Part shown: positions 18,359 through 27,847 of the stretch, piece by piece
Layout: each line of letters starts with the position of its first letter
How positions within the stretch are numbered: position 1 is the first letter of the stretch
Origin: Candidatus Omnitrophota bacterium
GTDB taxonomy: Bacteria > Omnitrophota > Gorgyraeia > Tantalellales > Tantalellaceae
Assembly (NCBI GenBank): GCA_043823005.1
Contig: JBDRBG010000116.1
Coordinates: 3,989-67,988 of the forward strand
Reading direction: 5' to 3'
DNA: 64,000 bases
The notes under the pieces: generated by a model
What the model was told of the DNA's origin: nothing
What the model saw: only the letters and a program-made list of their open reading frames with translations
The model's database searches: none
Made by a program: the position numbers and the translations under genes

Positions 18359-20134
18359 GTGACGCGCGATATGCGAAAAAAATGTTGCGATAATTCTTGC
18401 AGAGTTTATATGATGACGCGGATTAAGATATATAGTTTGATATTGTTCGTAAATTTGTGTGTTCTTCTGTCAGGCCTTGTGTATATTCAAATAGCAATGC
18501 ATGACAGATATAAGGTTATGTCAGAGGAAAACAGGCTTAAAGTGGTTCCTATGATGGCGCCGCGCGGACGCATTTTGGACAGAAAAGGAAATGTTCTGGC
18601 AAAAGATGTTTTATGCTTTAAAGTGTCTGTTATCTACGATCGCATAAAAGATATCGGATCGCTTGCTGATTCATTAAGCGCGGTTTTAGATATTCCGGTC
18701 GATAAAATAATTAAGGACATAAAAGAAGGAAGAAAACAACCTTATTCTCCGCTTTGTATCGTTTCTGATATAGGTCTTAATAAAGCTATTCCAATAGAAG
18801 AACTTACTATGAATCAGCCCGGTCTTTTATTGGAAGTGTCTAGCCGGCGAGAATATCTTAATGGATCGTCCTGCTCGAATGTTCTGGGATACGTAGGATT
18901 CATAAACCGTTCTGAATTTGAGAAAATGCGGCATTATGGTTTTGAAATAAACGATCTGGTTGGAAGGGATGGGATAGAAAAATATTATGATAACTATCTT
19001 CGGGGTAAACACGGTGGAAAACAGGTTGAAGTGGATCATCGCGGACGTAAGATTGCTATTCTGGGATTAAAAGAACCTATTGCCGGAAGGGATGCGTATC
19101 TTACGATAGATCTGGATTTGCAGAAATTTTGTGAAGAATTTCTCAAAGGCAGGAAAGGTGCTATTGTTGCCATGAATCCCGGGACCGGAGAGATACTGGC
19201 GATGGCAAGCGCTCCGGATTATGATCCCGGTATTTTTATTGATAACGATAAAAAAAACGAGAGAGAAAAAATCCTGCGTAGCGCTCAATATCCTTTACTA
19301 AACAGGGCTATAGCAGTGGCGTATCCTCCCGGGTCGGTTTTTAAAGCAGTAGTGGCTGTTGCCGGGCTTGAAAGTAAAATAGTTTCTGAGCAAAAAACTT
19401 TTGTTTGTCCGGGGTATCTTGAATTGGGGAAATGGCGATTCGGGTGTTGGCGTAAAAATGGGCATGGGCCCCAGTCTGTAACCAGCGCTCTTAAAAATTC
19501 ATGTAATGTATACTTTTTTAATCTGGGCCTTTTACTTGGAGTTGACCGGATAGCGCAATTTTCGGAACGTTTTGGTTTTGGTCTTAAGGCAGGAATAGAT
19601 CTGCCCGGGGAGAACAAAGGAAACAGACCTACAGCCGCCTGGAAAAAGAAAAAAATAAAAGAATCCTGGTATAAAGGCGATACAGTTAATTATTCAATCG
19701 GGCAGGGGTATCTTTTAGTTTCGCCTTTACAGATAGCCCGCATGATGTCGGTTTTTGCTAATGGAGGGTATTTGGTAAAGCCCTATCTTGTTACAAGAAT
19801 AGAGGATATTTCTATGAACCGCGCGGAAAAGGTTAATCTGAGAATCTCAGGAGAAAATCTGGAAATAGTAAGACAGGGCTTAAAGAAAGTAGTTAATGAT
19901 TCTCGCGGTACAGGAATGAATGCCAGGTTAAATGAAATAGTAGTTGCAGGGAAAACCGGTACCGCGCAAACTTCAGAGGAAAAAAACCACGGATGGTTTG
20001 CCGGGTTTGCTCCGTATGATAATCCAAGTCTTACTGTTGTTGTTTTTGAAGAATACGGAGGCAGGGGAGGATACTTTCCGGCTGAAACAGCAAGAGATAT
20101 ATTTCAACGGGCCAGGGAGCTGGGAATAATTTAG
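18359..20134 (+). CDS. mrdA: Penicillin-binding protein 2 (elongasome transpeptidase)
   Basis: SxxK (GSVFKAV), SxN (SCNVYF) and KTG (AGKTGTAQ). The ORF-track start is a GTG inside a 16-bp palindrome; the true start is probably a downstream ATG (~18371 or ~18410). Confidence 0.85.
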   Translation: MTRDMRKKCCDNSCRVYMMTRIKIYSLILFVNLCVLLSGLVYIQIAMHDRYKVMSEENRLKVVPMMAPRGRILDRKGNVLAKDVLCFKVSVIYDRIKDIGSLADSLSAVLDIPVDKIIKDIKEGRKQPYSPLCIVSDIGLNKAIPIEELTMNQPGLLLEVSSRREYLNGSSCSNVLGYVGFINRSEFEKMRHYGFEINDLVGRDGIEKYYDNYLRGKHGGKQVEVDHRGRKIAILGLKEPIAGRDAYLTIDLDLQKFCEEFLKGRKGAIVAMNPGTGEILAMASAPDYDPGIFIDNDKKNEREKILRSAQYPLLNRAIAVAYPPGSVFKAVVAVAGLESKIVSEQKTFVCPGYLELGKWRFGCWRKNGHGPQSVTSALKNSCNVYFFNLGLLLGVDRIAQFSERFGFGLKAGIDLPGENKGNRPTAAWKKKKIKESWYKGDTVNYSIGQGYLLVSPLQIARMMSVFANGGYLVKPYLVTRIEDISMNRAEKVNLRISGENLEIVRQGLKKVVNDSRGTGMNARLNEIVVAGKTGTAQTSEEKNHGWFAGFAPYDNPSLTVVVFEEYGGRGGYFPAETARDIFQRARELGII

Positions 20135-20338
20135 CCGTTAGTCGGGGGTCGTTTGTCGTTAGTCCAGAGGAGGGGCGGTTTGCGAACCGCCTTGATAAGA
20201 AAAAAGGATAAAGGGGAAAGTTAGAGTTGTTTGAAATTTGGACAACAAGGTCCCGCCTGAGGCGGGTAGACTGGGACGGGTCTCCTGTGGAAGTGTAAAC
20301 TCTAGCAGAGAGTAAGTCCCATTAATTTTTATTTTTAT

Positions 20339-20600
20339 TCGTCATTGCGAGGAGCGCCCGCCGAAGGACGGGTCCAGTCTACCCGCCTCTGGCGGAAAGC
20401 GACGCGGCAATTTCAAATGGAAAAGCCCCATCCGTCTTTGCGAGGGAGCGAGAGCGACCGCGGCAATCTCAATAATAATATAGTTTCTCACAAAATTTAT
20501 ATTTTTATTGCTACATGAGATTGCTTCGCCCATTCTCGTTTCCTATTCCCCATTTTTATGGGGACAAGCTTCATGGTCTCGCAAAGACGTTGCGACACAG
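20339..20600. repeat. Cluster of R1 units forming a palindromic element
   Basis: CGTCATTGCGAGGAGCG...GCGGCAATTTC, then CGTCTTTGCGAGGGAGCGAGAGCGACCGCGGCAATCTCAATAATAATATAG...GAGATTGCTTCGCC...CTCGCAAAGACG. Confidence 0.75.
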
Positions 20601-20695
20601 CCTGATTGCGAGTCCTGAGTTTGTCGTCCACCGGAGTCGGATTTGCTTAGGCAGAGAGGGCGAAGCAATTTATTGGGAGATACAAAGGTGAAAAT

Positions 20696-21790
20696 ATGAT
20701 CAATTTAGGAAGAGGACGGATAGATAAACTTTTGCTGTTTTCAATGATGATGATATCTGCTTTGGGAATAATTTTTATTTACAGTGCTACATGGAGCAAA
20801 TCAGCCGTGGCTCAAACTGATATGATGGTGATTAAACAAAGTTTATGGGTATTTGTCGGCATGATTTTTCTTATTGTGATTGTGAACATGGATTATCTCA
20901 GGATATTAAATTTTGCTTATATTGTTTATGGATTAAATCTTTTGGCTCTTGTCTTTCTTCTTTTTTTCGGAGGCGAAAGGTATGGCGCAAGGAGGTGGAT
21001 AGCATTAGGGCCGATTTCTCTTCAACCGTCTGAATTTATGAAGATTACGGTAATTCTGGCTTTATCTGCTTTTCTTGGAGACCGCAGGGAAAAGATCGGT
21101 AGTCTTAAAAATTATATCGGCGCTCTTGTTCTAATAGCTCCCGCGGTAATTCTTATTTTTCTTCAGCCTGATCTGGGTACGGCTTTTGTGCTGGTACCGA
21201 TACTTTTTTCCATTTTATTTATATGCGGGGAAAATATAAAACACATTATTTTTACAATTGCCGCGGGGTTAAGTTGTCTGCCGTTTTTTTGGACTCTTTT
21301 GAAGGAGTATCAAAGAAACAGGTTAATGGTTTTTTTAAGGCCTGATTTAGATCCTTTAGGAGCGGGTTACACCATAATGCAGTCCAAAATAGCAATAGGT
21401 TCAGGCGGGTTGTTTGGAAAAGGATGGTTGAATGGGTCACAGTGCTATCTTAGGTTCCTTCCTGAAAGGCATACGGATTTTATATTTTCTGTGATAGGCG
21501 AAGAATGGGGGTTTTTAGGAGCCGTTATTTTAATCGGGCTTTATGTATTATTTATAGCGCGGGGAATAAAGATATTGCATAAGAGTGATGATATTTATGG
21601 TAAAGCTATAGCTGCCGGCGTTGTAACGCTAATAGCTTTTCAGGTAGTAGTGAATATATCCATGACCATAGGTTTAATGCCTGTGGTTGGATTGCCTCTT
21701 CCGGCTATAAGTTACGGAGGGTCAAACACTGTTACTTTTTTTATAGCCGCGGGGTTTTTGTTAAGTATAAGCCGCAGAATTAGTCGTTAG
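20696..21790 (+). CDS. rodA: Peptidoglycan glycosyltransferase RodA (SEDS family)
   Basis: 364 aa FtsW/RodA/SpoVE-family polytopic protein. Follows mrdA. Confidence 0.85.
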   Translation: MINLGRGRIDKLLLFSMMMISALGIIFIYSATWSKSAVAQTDMMVIKQSLWVFVGMIFLIVIVNMDYLRILNFAYIVYGLNLLALVFLLFFGGERYGARRWIALGPISLQPSEFMKITVILALSAFLGDRREKIGSLKNYIGALVLIAPAVILIFLQPDLGTAFVLVPILFSILFICGENIKHIIFTIAAGLSCLPFFWTLLKEYQRNRLMVFLRPDLDPLGAGYTIMQSKIAIGSGGLFGKGWLNGSQCYLRFLPERHTDFIFSVIGEEWGFLGAVILIGLYVLFIARGIKILHKSDDIYGKAIAAGVVTLIAFQVVVNISMTIGLMPVVGLPLPAISYGGSNTVTFFIAAGFLLSISRRISR

Positions 21791-21851
21791 TCGGGAGTCG
21801 TTAGTCGGGAGTTGTTCGTCGTTAGTAGTATATGGGATATATAGCAATATT

Positions 21852-23612
21852 ATGAAAAAAGAAATTACACAATTATTAGATAAAGTCCAAAAACCGGGAC
21901 GATATATAGGCGGGGAGATTAACAGTGTGGTTAAGGCTTTTTCAAAGAAACGGATAAAGATTGCTTTGGCATATCCGGACATTTATGAAATAGGGATGAG
22001 TAATCTTGGTCTTGTGATATTGTATCATCTTTTGAACGAACGTGATGATGTCTTATGTGAACGTGTATTTATGCCTTGGGAAGATATGGAAAAAGAACTT
22101 ATCAGCGCCAAAACACGGCTTTTTAGTCTTGAATCAAAAAAGGCGATAAATCAATTTGATATTGTTGGTTTTTCGCTTTCATATGAACTTACATATACCA
22201 ATGTTTTGCAAATGCTGTACCTCGCCGGTATATCTTTAAGGTCAAAGGATCGAGGCCCTGAAGAGCCTTTGATAATAGCGGGCGGAACATGTTCTTATAA
22301 CCCCGAGCCTATGAGTGATTTTATAGATGTTTTTATAATAGGCGAAGGAGAAGAGTCTATTCTCAGGTTTATCGATAAGTACAAAGAATGCCGGACAAGC
22401 GGGATGGATAGAAGAAAACTGCTGTACGCGTTATCATGTCTGGATAATGTATATGTTCCCGCTCTTTATCGGGCTGAATATGTTGATGACAAATTTTTCA
22501 AACTTTTTTCTTTGCATGAAAACGCCGCGCCTGTTATAAAAAAAGCCGTTGTAGAAGATTTTGAGAATGCGTATTATCCGGTTAAGCAGATAGTGCCTTT
22601 TATAAAAATCATACATGACCGTATGGCTGTTGAGATAATGAGAGGATGTCCTAATGCGTGCCGTTTTTGTCAGGCATGTGTTGTTAATCGTCCCGTAAGA
22701 GTCAGATCTTCTGAAAGGATAAGAAAGATCTGTTCGGATACTTATAAAAACACGGGATATGAAAGGATAGGGCTTCTTTCTCTTTCAAGTGTAAATTATC
22801 CGTATTTATCAAATGTGATGAAGGCCCTGGATCAGGATTTTAAAGGTTTGGGAGTCGGCATATCAATACCTTCTCTTAGAATAGATACAGCGTTCTATGA
22901 GTTGCCTGAGATAATGGCATCAGTACGCAAAAGCGGTTTGACTTTTGCTCCTGAATCTGCTGATAAAAGTATAAACAGGGCCATAGGTAAAGACATTGAC
23001 CGGGATGTTTTGTTTAAGTCAGCTTTAGCCGCTTTTTCGCATGGCTGGCGCAGATTGAAATTATATTTTATGGTAGGTTTTCCTCTGGTAGACAGAAATG
23101 AAATTGAGGGGATAATAATGCTTGCAAGGGAGCTTTCGGTATTAAAAAATAAAGTGTCCCGCGGATCGGCTGAAATAAAAGTAAGTGTGAATCCGTTTAT
23201 CCCAAAACCGCATACGCCTTTACAATGGTATGGTATGGCCGGGATATCTAAAATATCTAATGCTAAAACCTTATTTTTAAATAGTTATTCAAAAAAAATA
23301 AAACATGAGTTTCATGATCCGGAACAGTCTGTCGTGGAAGCATGTCTTTCGCGCGGGGATCGCCGAATAAGTTGCGTGATATATACAGCCTGGAGAAAAG
23401 GCGCGAAAATGGATGGGTGGAGTGATTTTTTTAATTTTAATACATGGAAAAGTTCTTTTCAGGCCCAGGGGATAGATATTTATAACTATGCGGCTCAAGC
23501 ATATTCTATTGACGACCCTTTGCCGTGGCAGCATATACTGGTTTCAATGAAAAAAGAACATCTGATAGAAGAATTTCAGGAATATAACAGACAAATATTG
23601 AACAGTGAATAG
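21852..23612 (+). CDS. B12-binding-domain radical SAM protein (TIGR03960-like)
   Basis: CPNACRFC (Cx3Cx2C) cluster motif, cobalamin-binding-like N-terminal domain, 586 aa. Proteins of this architecture usually pair with DUF2344/TIGR03936. Confidence 0.75.
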   Translation: MKKEITQLLDKVQKPGRYIGGEINSVVKAFSKKRIKIALAYPDIYEIGMSNLGLVILYHLLNERDDVLCERVFMPWEDMEKELISAKTRLFSLESKKAINQFDIVGFSLSYELTYTNVLQMLYLAGISLRSKDRGPEEPLIIAGGTCSYNPEPMSDFIDVFIIGEGEESILRFIDKYKECRTSGMDRRKLLYALSCLDNVYVPALYRAEYVDDKFFKLFSLHENAAPVIKKAVVEDFENAYYPVKQIVPFIKIIHDRMAVEIMRGCPNACRFCQACVVNRPVRVRSSERIRKICSDTYKNTGYERIGLLSLSSVNYPYLSNVMKALDQDFKGLGVGISIPSLRIDTAFYELPEIMASVRKSGLTFAPESADKSINRAIGKDIDRDVLFKSALAAFSHGWRRLKLYFMVGFPLVDRNEIEGIIMLARELSVLKNKVSRGSAEIKVSVNPFIPKPHTPLQWYGMAGISKISNAKTLFLNSYSKKIKHEFHDPEQSVVEACLSRGDRRISCVIYTAWRKGAKMDGWSDFFNFNTWKSSFQAQGIDIYNYAAQAYSIDDPLPWQHILVSMKKEHLIEEFQEYNRQILNSE

Positions 23613-23725
23613 TTATTCGGTTGACAGTTGACGGTTAGTTGGTTGATGGTTAAGGGGAAGGGCTCTTGACGGGTAAACAGTCAACGAACCAACGATCAAC
23701 CGTCAACAAACGGGTGATTTGATAG
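23613..23725. repeat. ~110-bp palindromic element, family R2, abutting the rSAM stop codon
   Basis: TAGTTATTCGGTTGACAGTTGACGGTTAGTTGGTTGATGGTTAAGGGGAAGGGCTCTTGACGGGTAAACAGTCAACGAACCAACGATCAACCGTCAACAAAC. About 90% identical to 36040-36135. Confidence 0.8.
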
Positions 23726-24235
23726 TGAATGAAAAGTGTAAACTTTTTTAGAACGATACAAGGAAGTAGTTGGTTGGTGAATAGTGAATGGTTGATCGAG
23801 GCTTAACCTGAAAACATAAAAAATGAAAAGGAGGGACATGCCTGTAAGCGGCGCAGTTCACAACATATCAACTTAGAGTGTTTCTGCTTTGTCATTGCGC
23901 GAAGGAGCCAAAGGCGACGACGCGGTAATTTCTATTCACCATGTACCAACTACTGTTCGCTTTTTTAAAAACCGATTTCCAGATTTTTCACCACAGAGTC
24001 TCTGAGGCACAGAGCCATTCAAAATCCAAAAATATCTTTTTTTTCTCGTCTCAGTTTATTTCTCCCTCAGTGTCTCTGTGCTCTCTGTGGTTATTTTTTC
24101 TTTTTATTCTATTTCTATTCGAGTTTGCCGCGTCGCTACGCTCCTCGCAATGACGGATGGGAGTTTGCCGCATCGCCCCTTTGGGGCTCCCGCAATGACG
24201 GTCTTCTCCGTCTTTGCGAGCGAAGCGAAGCCCTA

Positions 24236-24305
24236 CCAATGCTCTTATTCATCGCATTTCCAGGATCATTTTTCGTTATTCACAAAAAATGTCAATCTCT
24301 TTTTT
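24236..24305. repeat. Left copy of a ~70-bp inverted-repeat pair bracketing the pilus locus
   Basis: CCAATGCTCTTATTCATCGCATTTCCAGGATCATTTTTCGTTATTCACAAAAAATGTCAATCTCTTTTT. Its reverse complement recurs at 40921-40989 with 2 mismatches. Confidence 0.8.
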
Positions 24306-24567
24306 TCTTCAGCCTTCAACCTTGAACCTTGAACGGCTCCGAAGGAGCCTTAACGCGACCGCGGCAATCTCCCTCAAAAAATGTACAAACCTGTTGTATT
24401 CGATATCCCTTTCTTATAATATATTACTATTTCTCTTCCAATTTTGACTTTTAATTTTTCCTCATGTATTATTAATAATACATTAAGGTTATAACTGTCC
24501 CATACAGTTAATGTTTTATTTAATTTTGGGACAGAAAATTATATTTATAATATATAGGAGGTGTTTT

Positions 24568-25983
24568 GTGGGGTTCCTTCAATCTTTGTCAGTAGAGCAG
24601 AAAGGGCTTCGATATAAATTAATGATAGCATTTTCTTTGATGTCAATCATTCCTTTGCTGATTCTGACCTATTTTGTGACAAATTACATTTTTGAAGCCG
24701 AAGAAAACACATTTCAGCTGGCAGCCGTTGTAATGTTTACTTTATGGATAGCCTTTACAGGATATTTGTTGGCAAAAAACATTATAATGCCTGTTATTGG
24801 TCTTTCGATTGCAGCAAAAAAAATAGCTACAGGAAGTTATGATTCGAAGATTCTGATGGAGAGAGAAGATGAGCTGGGAGAGATAGCTTCAGCAGTCAAT
24901 TCCATGACCGGAAGAATGAGCGGTTATCTCGGAAAATTGCGTGAGTACAGTAAAGAAACAGCATCACTTAACGTGAGAATACACAGAAAAGTGCTTACGC
25001 TTACTAATTTAATGGGATTGGGAGATCTTATTAGCGAAGAAGCGGAGTTTGAGGAGATAGCTGATTATGCGGCGGAAAAAATAGCAGGTGAATTATACGG
25101 CGGGTTTTGCGCTATTTTCACCAAAGAAGGAGAAAACAAAACAAAATATGTTTTAAAATCTTTTACTAATAATTCAGGGAAAGAGTCGATTGTAAAATCT
25201 TTAAAAGAAGAACTTCCTTTGGCAGAAGATCTTTTCAAAAAAAATGAATATCTACTGGTTGACGCACATCCGTTGCGGAAGAGATGGCAAAAAGAACTGC
25301 GGGAAAAACTGGGTCATATAAATGCGGTAATTTTTTCTATGAAACTTAACGCGACTGTAGTAGGAGTCATACTTTTCGGAAATTTCGGGAGAGAATTTAG
25401 TTTTAGCGCCGAGGATATAGAAGTACTAAGAGCCTTTGAAAAAGAGTTAATCCTGGGATATCAGAGCGCGCAAGTCCGGAAAAGGGTAAAAAAGCTGGAA
25501 GTTGTGGATAATCTTACCGGATTGTATACATTTTCCTATTTGCAGGATCGTTTGGATGATGAGATCAAGAGATCCGTTTATTATCAGCGGCCGTGTTCGC
25601 TTATATTGATAGATGTAGATGATTTTGAGAAATATACGGGTTCTTACGGTTCGAAAAAAGCCGAGCAGGTCTTAATAATGGTTGCGAAGCTTTTAAGCGG
25701 TGAAATGCTTCCTGTCGGAAAAGTGGCTCGTTCCGGACGCGATGAGTTTGGAATTCTTTTGCCGGAGATGAACAAAAGAGAGGCTCTTTCCACGGGAGAG
25801 GATATTCGAAAAAAGATCGAAAAAATGGAGCTATCAATGGCTCTGGAAGACAGAATTACGGTGAGTATAGGTATAGGAGAAAATCCTATAGACGGAGCAA
25901 ATGCTAAAGATATTATAGCAAAGGCGCGGCTTAATATAAAGAAAGCAAAGACGCAGGGAAAAAACACAATTGTCGGAGAGTAA
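24568..25983 (+). CDS. Membrane HAMP-GGDEF-domain protein with degenerate motif (GRDEF)
   Basis: Two TM helices, a HAMP-like segment and a C-terminal GGDEF-fold domain in which the motif reads RSGRDEF. The GTG at ~24568 lies 6 nt after AGGAGG; the ORF-track ATG at 24511 has no SD. Confidence 0.7.
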   Translation: MGFLQSLSVEQKGLRYKLMIAFSLMSIIPLLILTYFVTNYIFEAEENTFQLAAVVMFTLWIAFTGYLLAKNIIMPVIGLSIAAKKIATGSYDSKILMEREDELGEIASAVNSMTGRMSGYLGKLREYSKETASLNVRIHRKVLTLTNLMGLGDLISEEAEFEEIADYAAEKIAGELYGGFCAIFTKEGENKTKYVLKSFTNNSGKESIVKSLKEELPLAEDLFKKNEYLLVDAHPLRKRWQKELREKLGHINAVIFSMKLNATVVGVILFGNFGREFSFSAEDIEVLRAFEKELILGYQSAQVRKRVKKLEVVDNLTGLYTFSYLQDRLDDEIKRSVYYQRPCSLILIDVDDFEKYTGSYGSKKAEQVLIMVAKLLSGEMLPVGKVARSGRDEFGILLPEMNKREALSTGEDIRKKIEKMELSMALEDRITVSIGIGENPIDGANAKDIIAKARLNIKKAKTQGKNTIVGE

Positions 25984-26068
25984 GACATGTGTAACGCGTA
26001 AGAAAAATTATTTTTGAACTAAAGTTATGAAAAATGCATTTTTTACGTCATTTAAGCTGTGTCATAAC

Positions 26069-26215
26069 GTCTTTGCGAGCCCATGAAATGGGCGAAGCAA
26101 TCTCAAATAGCAATAAAAATATAAATTTTATGGGTAAACTACATTATTATTGAGATTGCCGCGGTCGCTTTAGCGCCCTCGCAAAGACAGAATTTGAATT
26201 GCGACACAGGCTGAA
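26069..26215. repeat. R1 palindromic element (~125 bp plus conserved tail)
   Basis: CGTCTTTGCGAGCCCATGAAATGGGCGAAGCAATCTCAAATAGCAATAAAAATATAAATTTTATGGG...TTGAGATTGCCGCGGTCGC...CTCGCAAAGAC. Near-identical copy at 43970-44091. Confidence 0.8.
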
Positions 26216-26273
26216 TGACAAATAAGTTATTTTGAAAAAGTCTAATTTTTTAACAAAAAAGGAGAAAAGAAAA

Positions 26274-27338
26274 GTGAGAGAGGATATAAGAAAAATTTTA
26301 GCCGCTATGCCGGAAAGAAAAGCTTCAGATCTTCATATTGGAGTGAATCGTCCCATGCATTATCGTATAGACGAAGATCTTGTGGGTATAGACAGTAACG
26401 TATTATCGGCAAAAGAAGTAAAAGAGATAGTTTACAGTCTTCTTTCTCCTGAACAAATAAAAAGGTTTGAAGAAAACAAAGAGCTTGATTTCTCTTTGGA
26501 GATAGAGAATGTAGGCAGGTACAGGTGTAACGCTTTTTTTCAGCGTCAGCATATAGGATGTGCCGTAAGATTAATACCTATTCACATATGGAGTATTGCT
26601 GATTGCGGATTGCCCGAAGATATTGTCCTTCAGTTTTGCAAAACCTTAAAAGGGTTGATCCTGGTTACCGGCGCTACGGGCAGCGGAAAATCCACTACAC
26701 TTGCCGCTATGCTGGACGAGATAAACCGTACTCGTAAATGCCATATAGTAACAGTTGAAGATCCAATCGAGTTTCTTCATAAAAATAAAAACGCTATTAT
26801 TGAGCAAAGACAGATTCTGGAAGATACTCATTCGTTTTCAAGCGCTTTACGTCATGTTCTGCGTCAGGATCCTGATGTTATTCTTATAGGAGAACTCAGG
26901 GATCTTGATACGATTCAGCAGGCGATGATAATCGCGGATACCGGCCATCTTGTTTTAGCGACTCTGCATACTTCTGACAGCACGCAGACAATAAACAGAA
27001 TAGTTGACGTGTTTCCGGCTCATCAGCAGAGGCAGATAAGGGTTCAGTTATCATTTGTTCTTACGGGTATTTTGGCACAGCAATTGATCCCTCGTAAAAA
27101 TGATAAAGGAAGAGTTCTGGCTTCAGAAATTCTGATAGCTAATTCAGCTATTAGAAGCATGATAAGGGATGCAAAGGAACCGCAGATATATTCTACGATT
27201 CAGACATCTCAAAAGATAGGCATGAAAACCATGAATCAGGCGCTTGTTGAACTGTATTCTTCAGGAGTCATAACTTATGAGGACGCGGTTTTCCGATCTT
27301 CCAATCCGGATGAACTTATTAAACTTATTGAAGGTTGA
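26274..27338 (+). CDS. pilT: Type IV pilus retraction ATPase PilT
   Basis: ASDLHI N-terminus, Walker A GATGSGKSTT, Walker B DPDVILIGELRD, His box ATLHTSDS, ~355 aa. GTG start with GGAG SD (the ORF-track start at 26232 is a TTG with no SD). Confidence 0.85.
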   Translation: MREDIRKILAAMPERKASDLHIGVNRPMHYRIDEDLVGIDSNVLSAKEVKEIVYSLLSPEQIKRFEENKELDFSLEIENVGRYRCNAFFQRQHIGCAVRLIPIHIWSIADCGLPEDIVLQFCKTLKGLILVTGATGSGKSTTLAAMLDEINRTRKCHIVTVEDPIEFLHKNKNAIIEQRQILEDTHSFSSALRHVLRQDPDVILIGELRDLDTIQQAMIIADTGHLVLATLHTSDSTQTINRIVDVFPAHQQRQIRVQLSFVLTGILAQQLIPRKNDKGRVLASEILIANSAIRSMIRDAKEPQIYSTIQTSQKIGMKTMNQALVELYSSGVITYEDAVFRSSNPDELIKLIEG

Positions 27339-27376
27339 GATTTTGAAGAGCATAATTTTTTATAAGCAGGTGTAAA

Positions 27377-27820
27377 GTGACAGAGGGACGTAAAGGGAAA
27401 AAACTTGGTGAAATTCTGATAAAATGTGATGTTATTTCAGCCGATCAACTGGAAAAAGCTCTTAATTTTCAACGCCGGGAAGGCGGCCTTTTGGGAGAGA
27501 TTCTGGTTAAGCTGGGATATTTGCATGAACAGGATATTATTAAAGCCTTAACAGCGCAATACGGTTTTCCGTATATTCCGCTGGAAAGTTATAATCTTAA
27601 AAAAGAAACGGCAAAACTGATTCCGGAAAATGTGGCGAGACAATATTGTATTGTGCCTCTGGATAGTATAGGCGATATTTTGACCATTGCGATGTCAAAT
27701 CCTCTTAACGATAAAGCTATTGAAGATGTAGAGATGATAACAAAAAAGAAAGTTAAAGTTTTTATAAGCACACTTACGTCTATGCATAATGCGCTGGATA
27801 GAATATATGCAAGAGAGTAG
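27377..27820 (+). CDS. Standalone T2SSE_N/MshEN-like domain protein (candidate c-di-GMP receptor)
   Basis: 147 aa with two tandem 24-aa motifs, KLGEILIKCDVISADQLEKALNFQ and LLGEILVKLGYLHEQDIIKALTAQ, separated by 5 residues. This matches the MshEN consensus RLGxxL(V/I)xxG(I/F)(L/V)xxxxLxxxLxxQ. Confidence 0.65.
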   Translation: MTEGRKGKKLGEILIKCDVISADQLEKALNFQRREGGLLGEILVKLGYLHEQDIIKALTAQYGFPYIPLESYNLKKETAKLIPENVARQYCIVPLDSIGDILTIAMSNPLNDKAIEDVEMITKKKVKVFISTLTSMHNALDRIYARE

Positions 27821-27847
27821 AAATATTAAGCGGGTTCAATCTGTACT

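Noticed and set aside
18202-18393. 63-aa ORF between mreD and mrdA
   Set aside because: It overlaps the mreD 3' end and the palindrome and has no SD or homology; it is most likely spurious.
20342-20533. ORF MGEAISCSNKNINFVRN... (minus strand) and its paralog 43910..44134 (MGEAISNSNKNINFMGN...)
   Set aside because: These are translations of R1 palindromic repeat copies (…GGGCGAAGCAATCTCAAATAGCAATAAAAATATAAA…), not genes.
24125-24325. ORF encoding MPRRYAPRNDGWEFAASPLWGS...MLLFIAFPGSFFVIHKKCQSLFFF, and its twin on the minus strand at 40654..41031 sharing the same peptide segment
   Set aside because: Both are translations of the two copies of the 70-bp inverted repeat plus R1 units. There is no SD or homology, and the shared peptide simply reflects the shared DNA.
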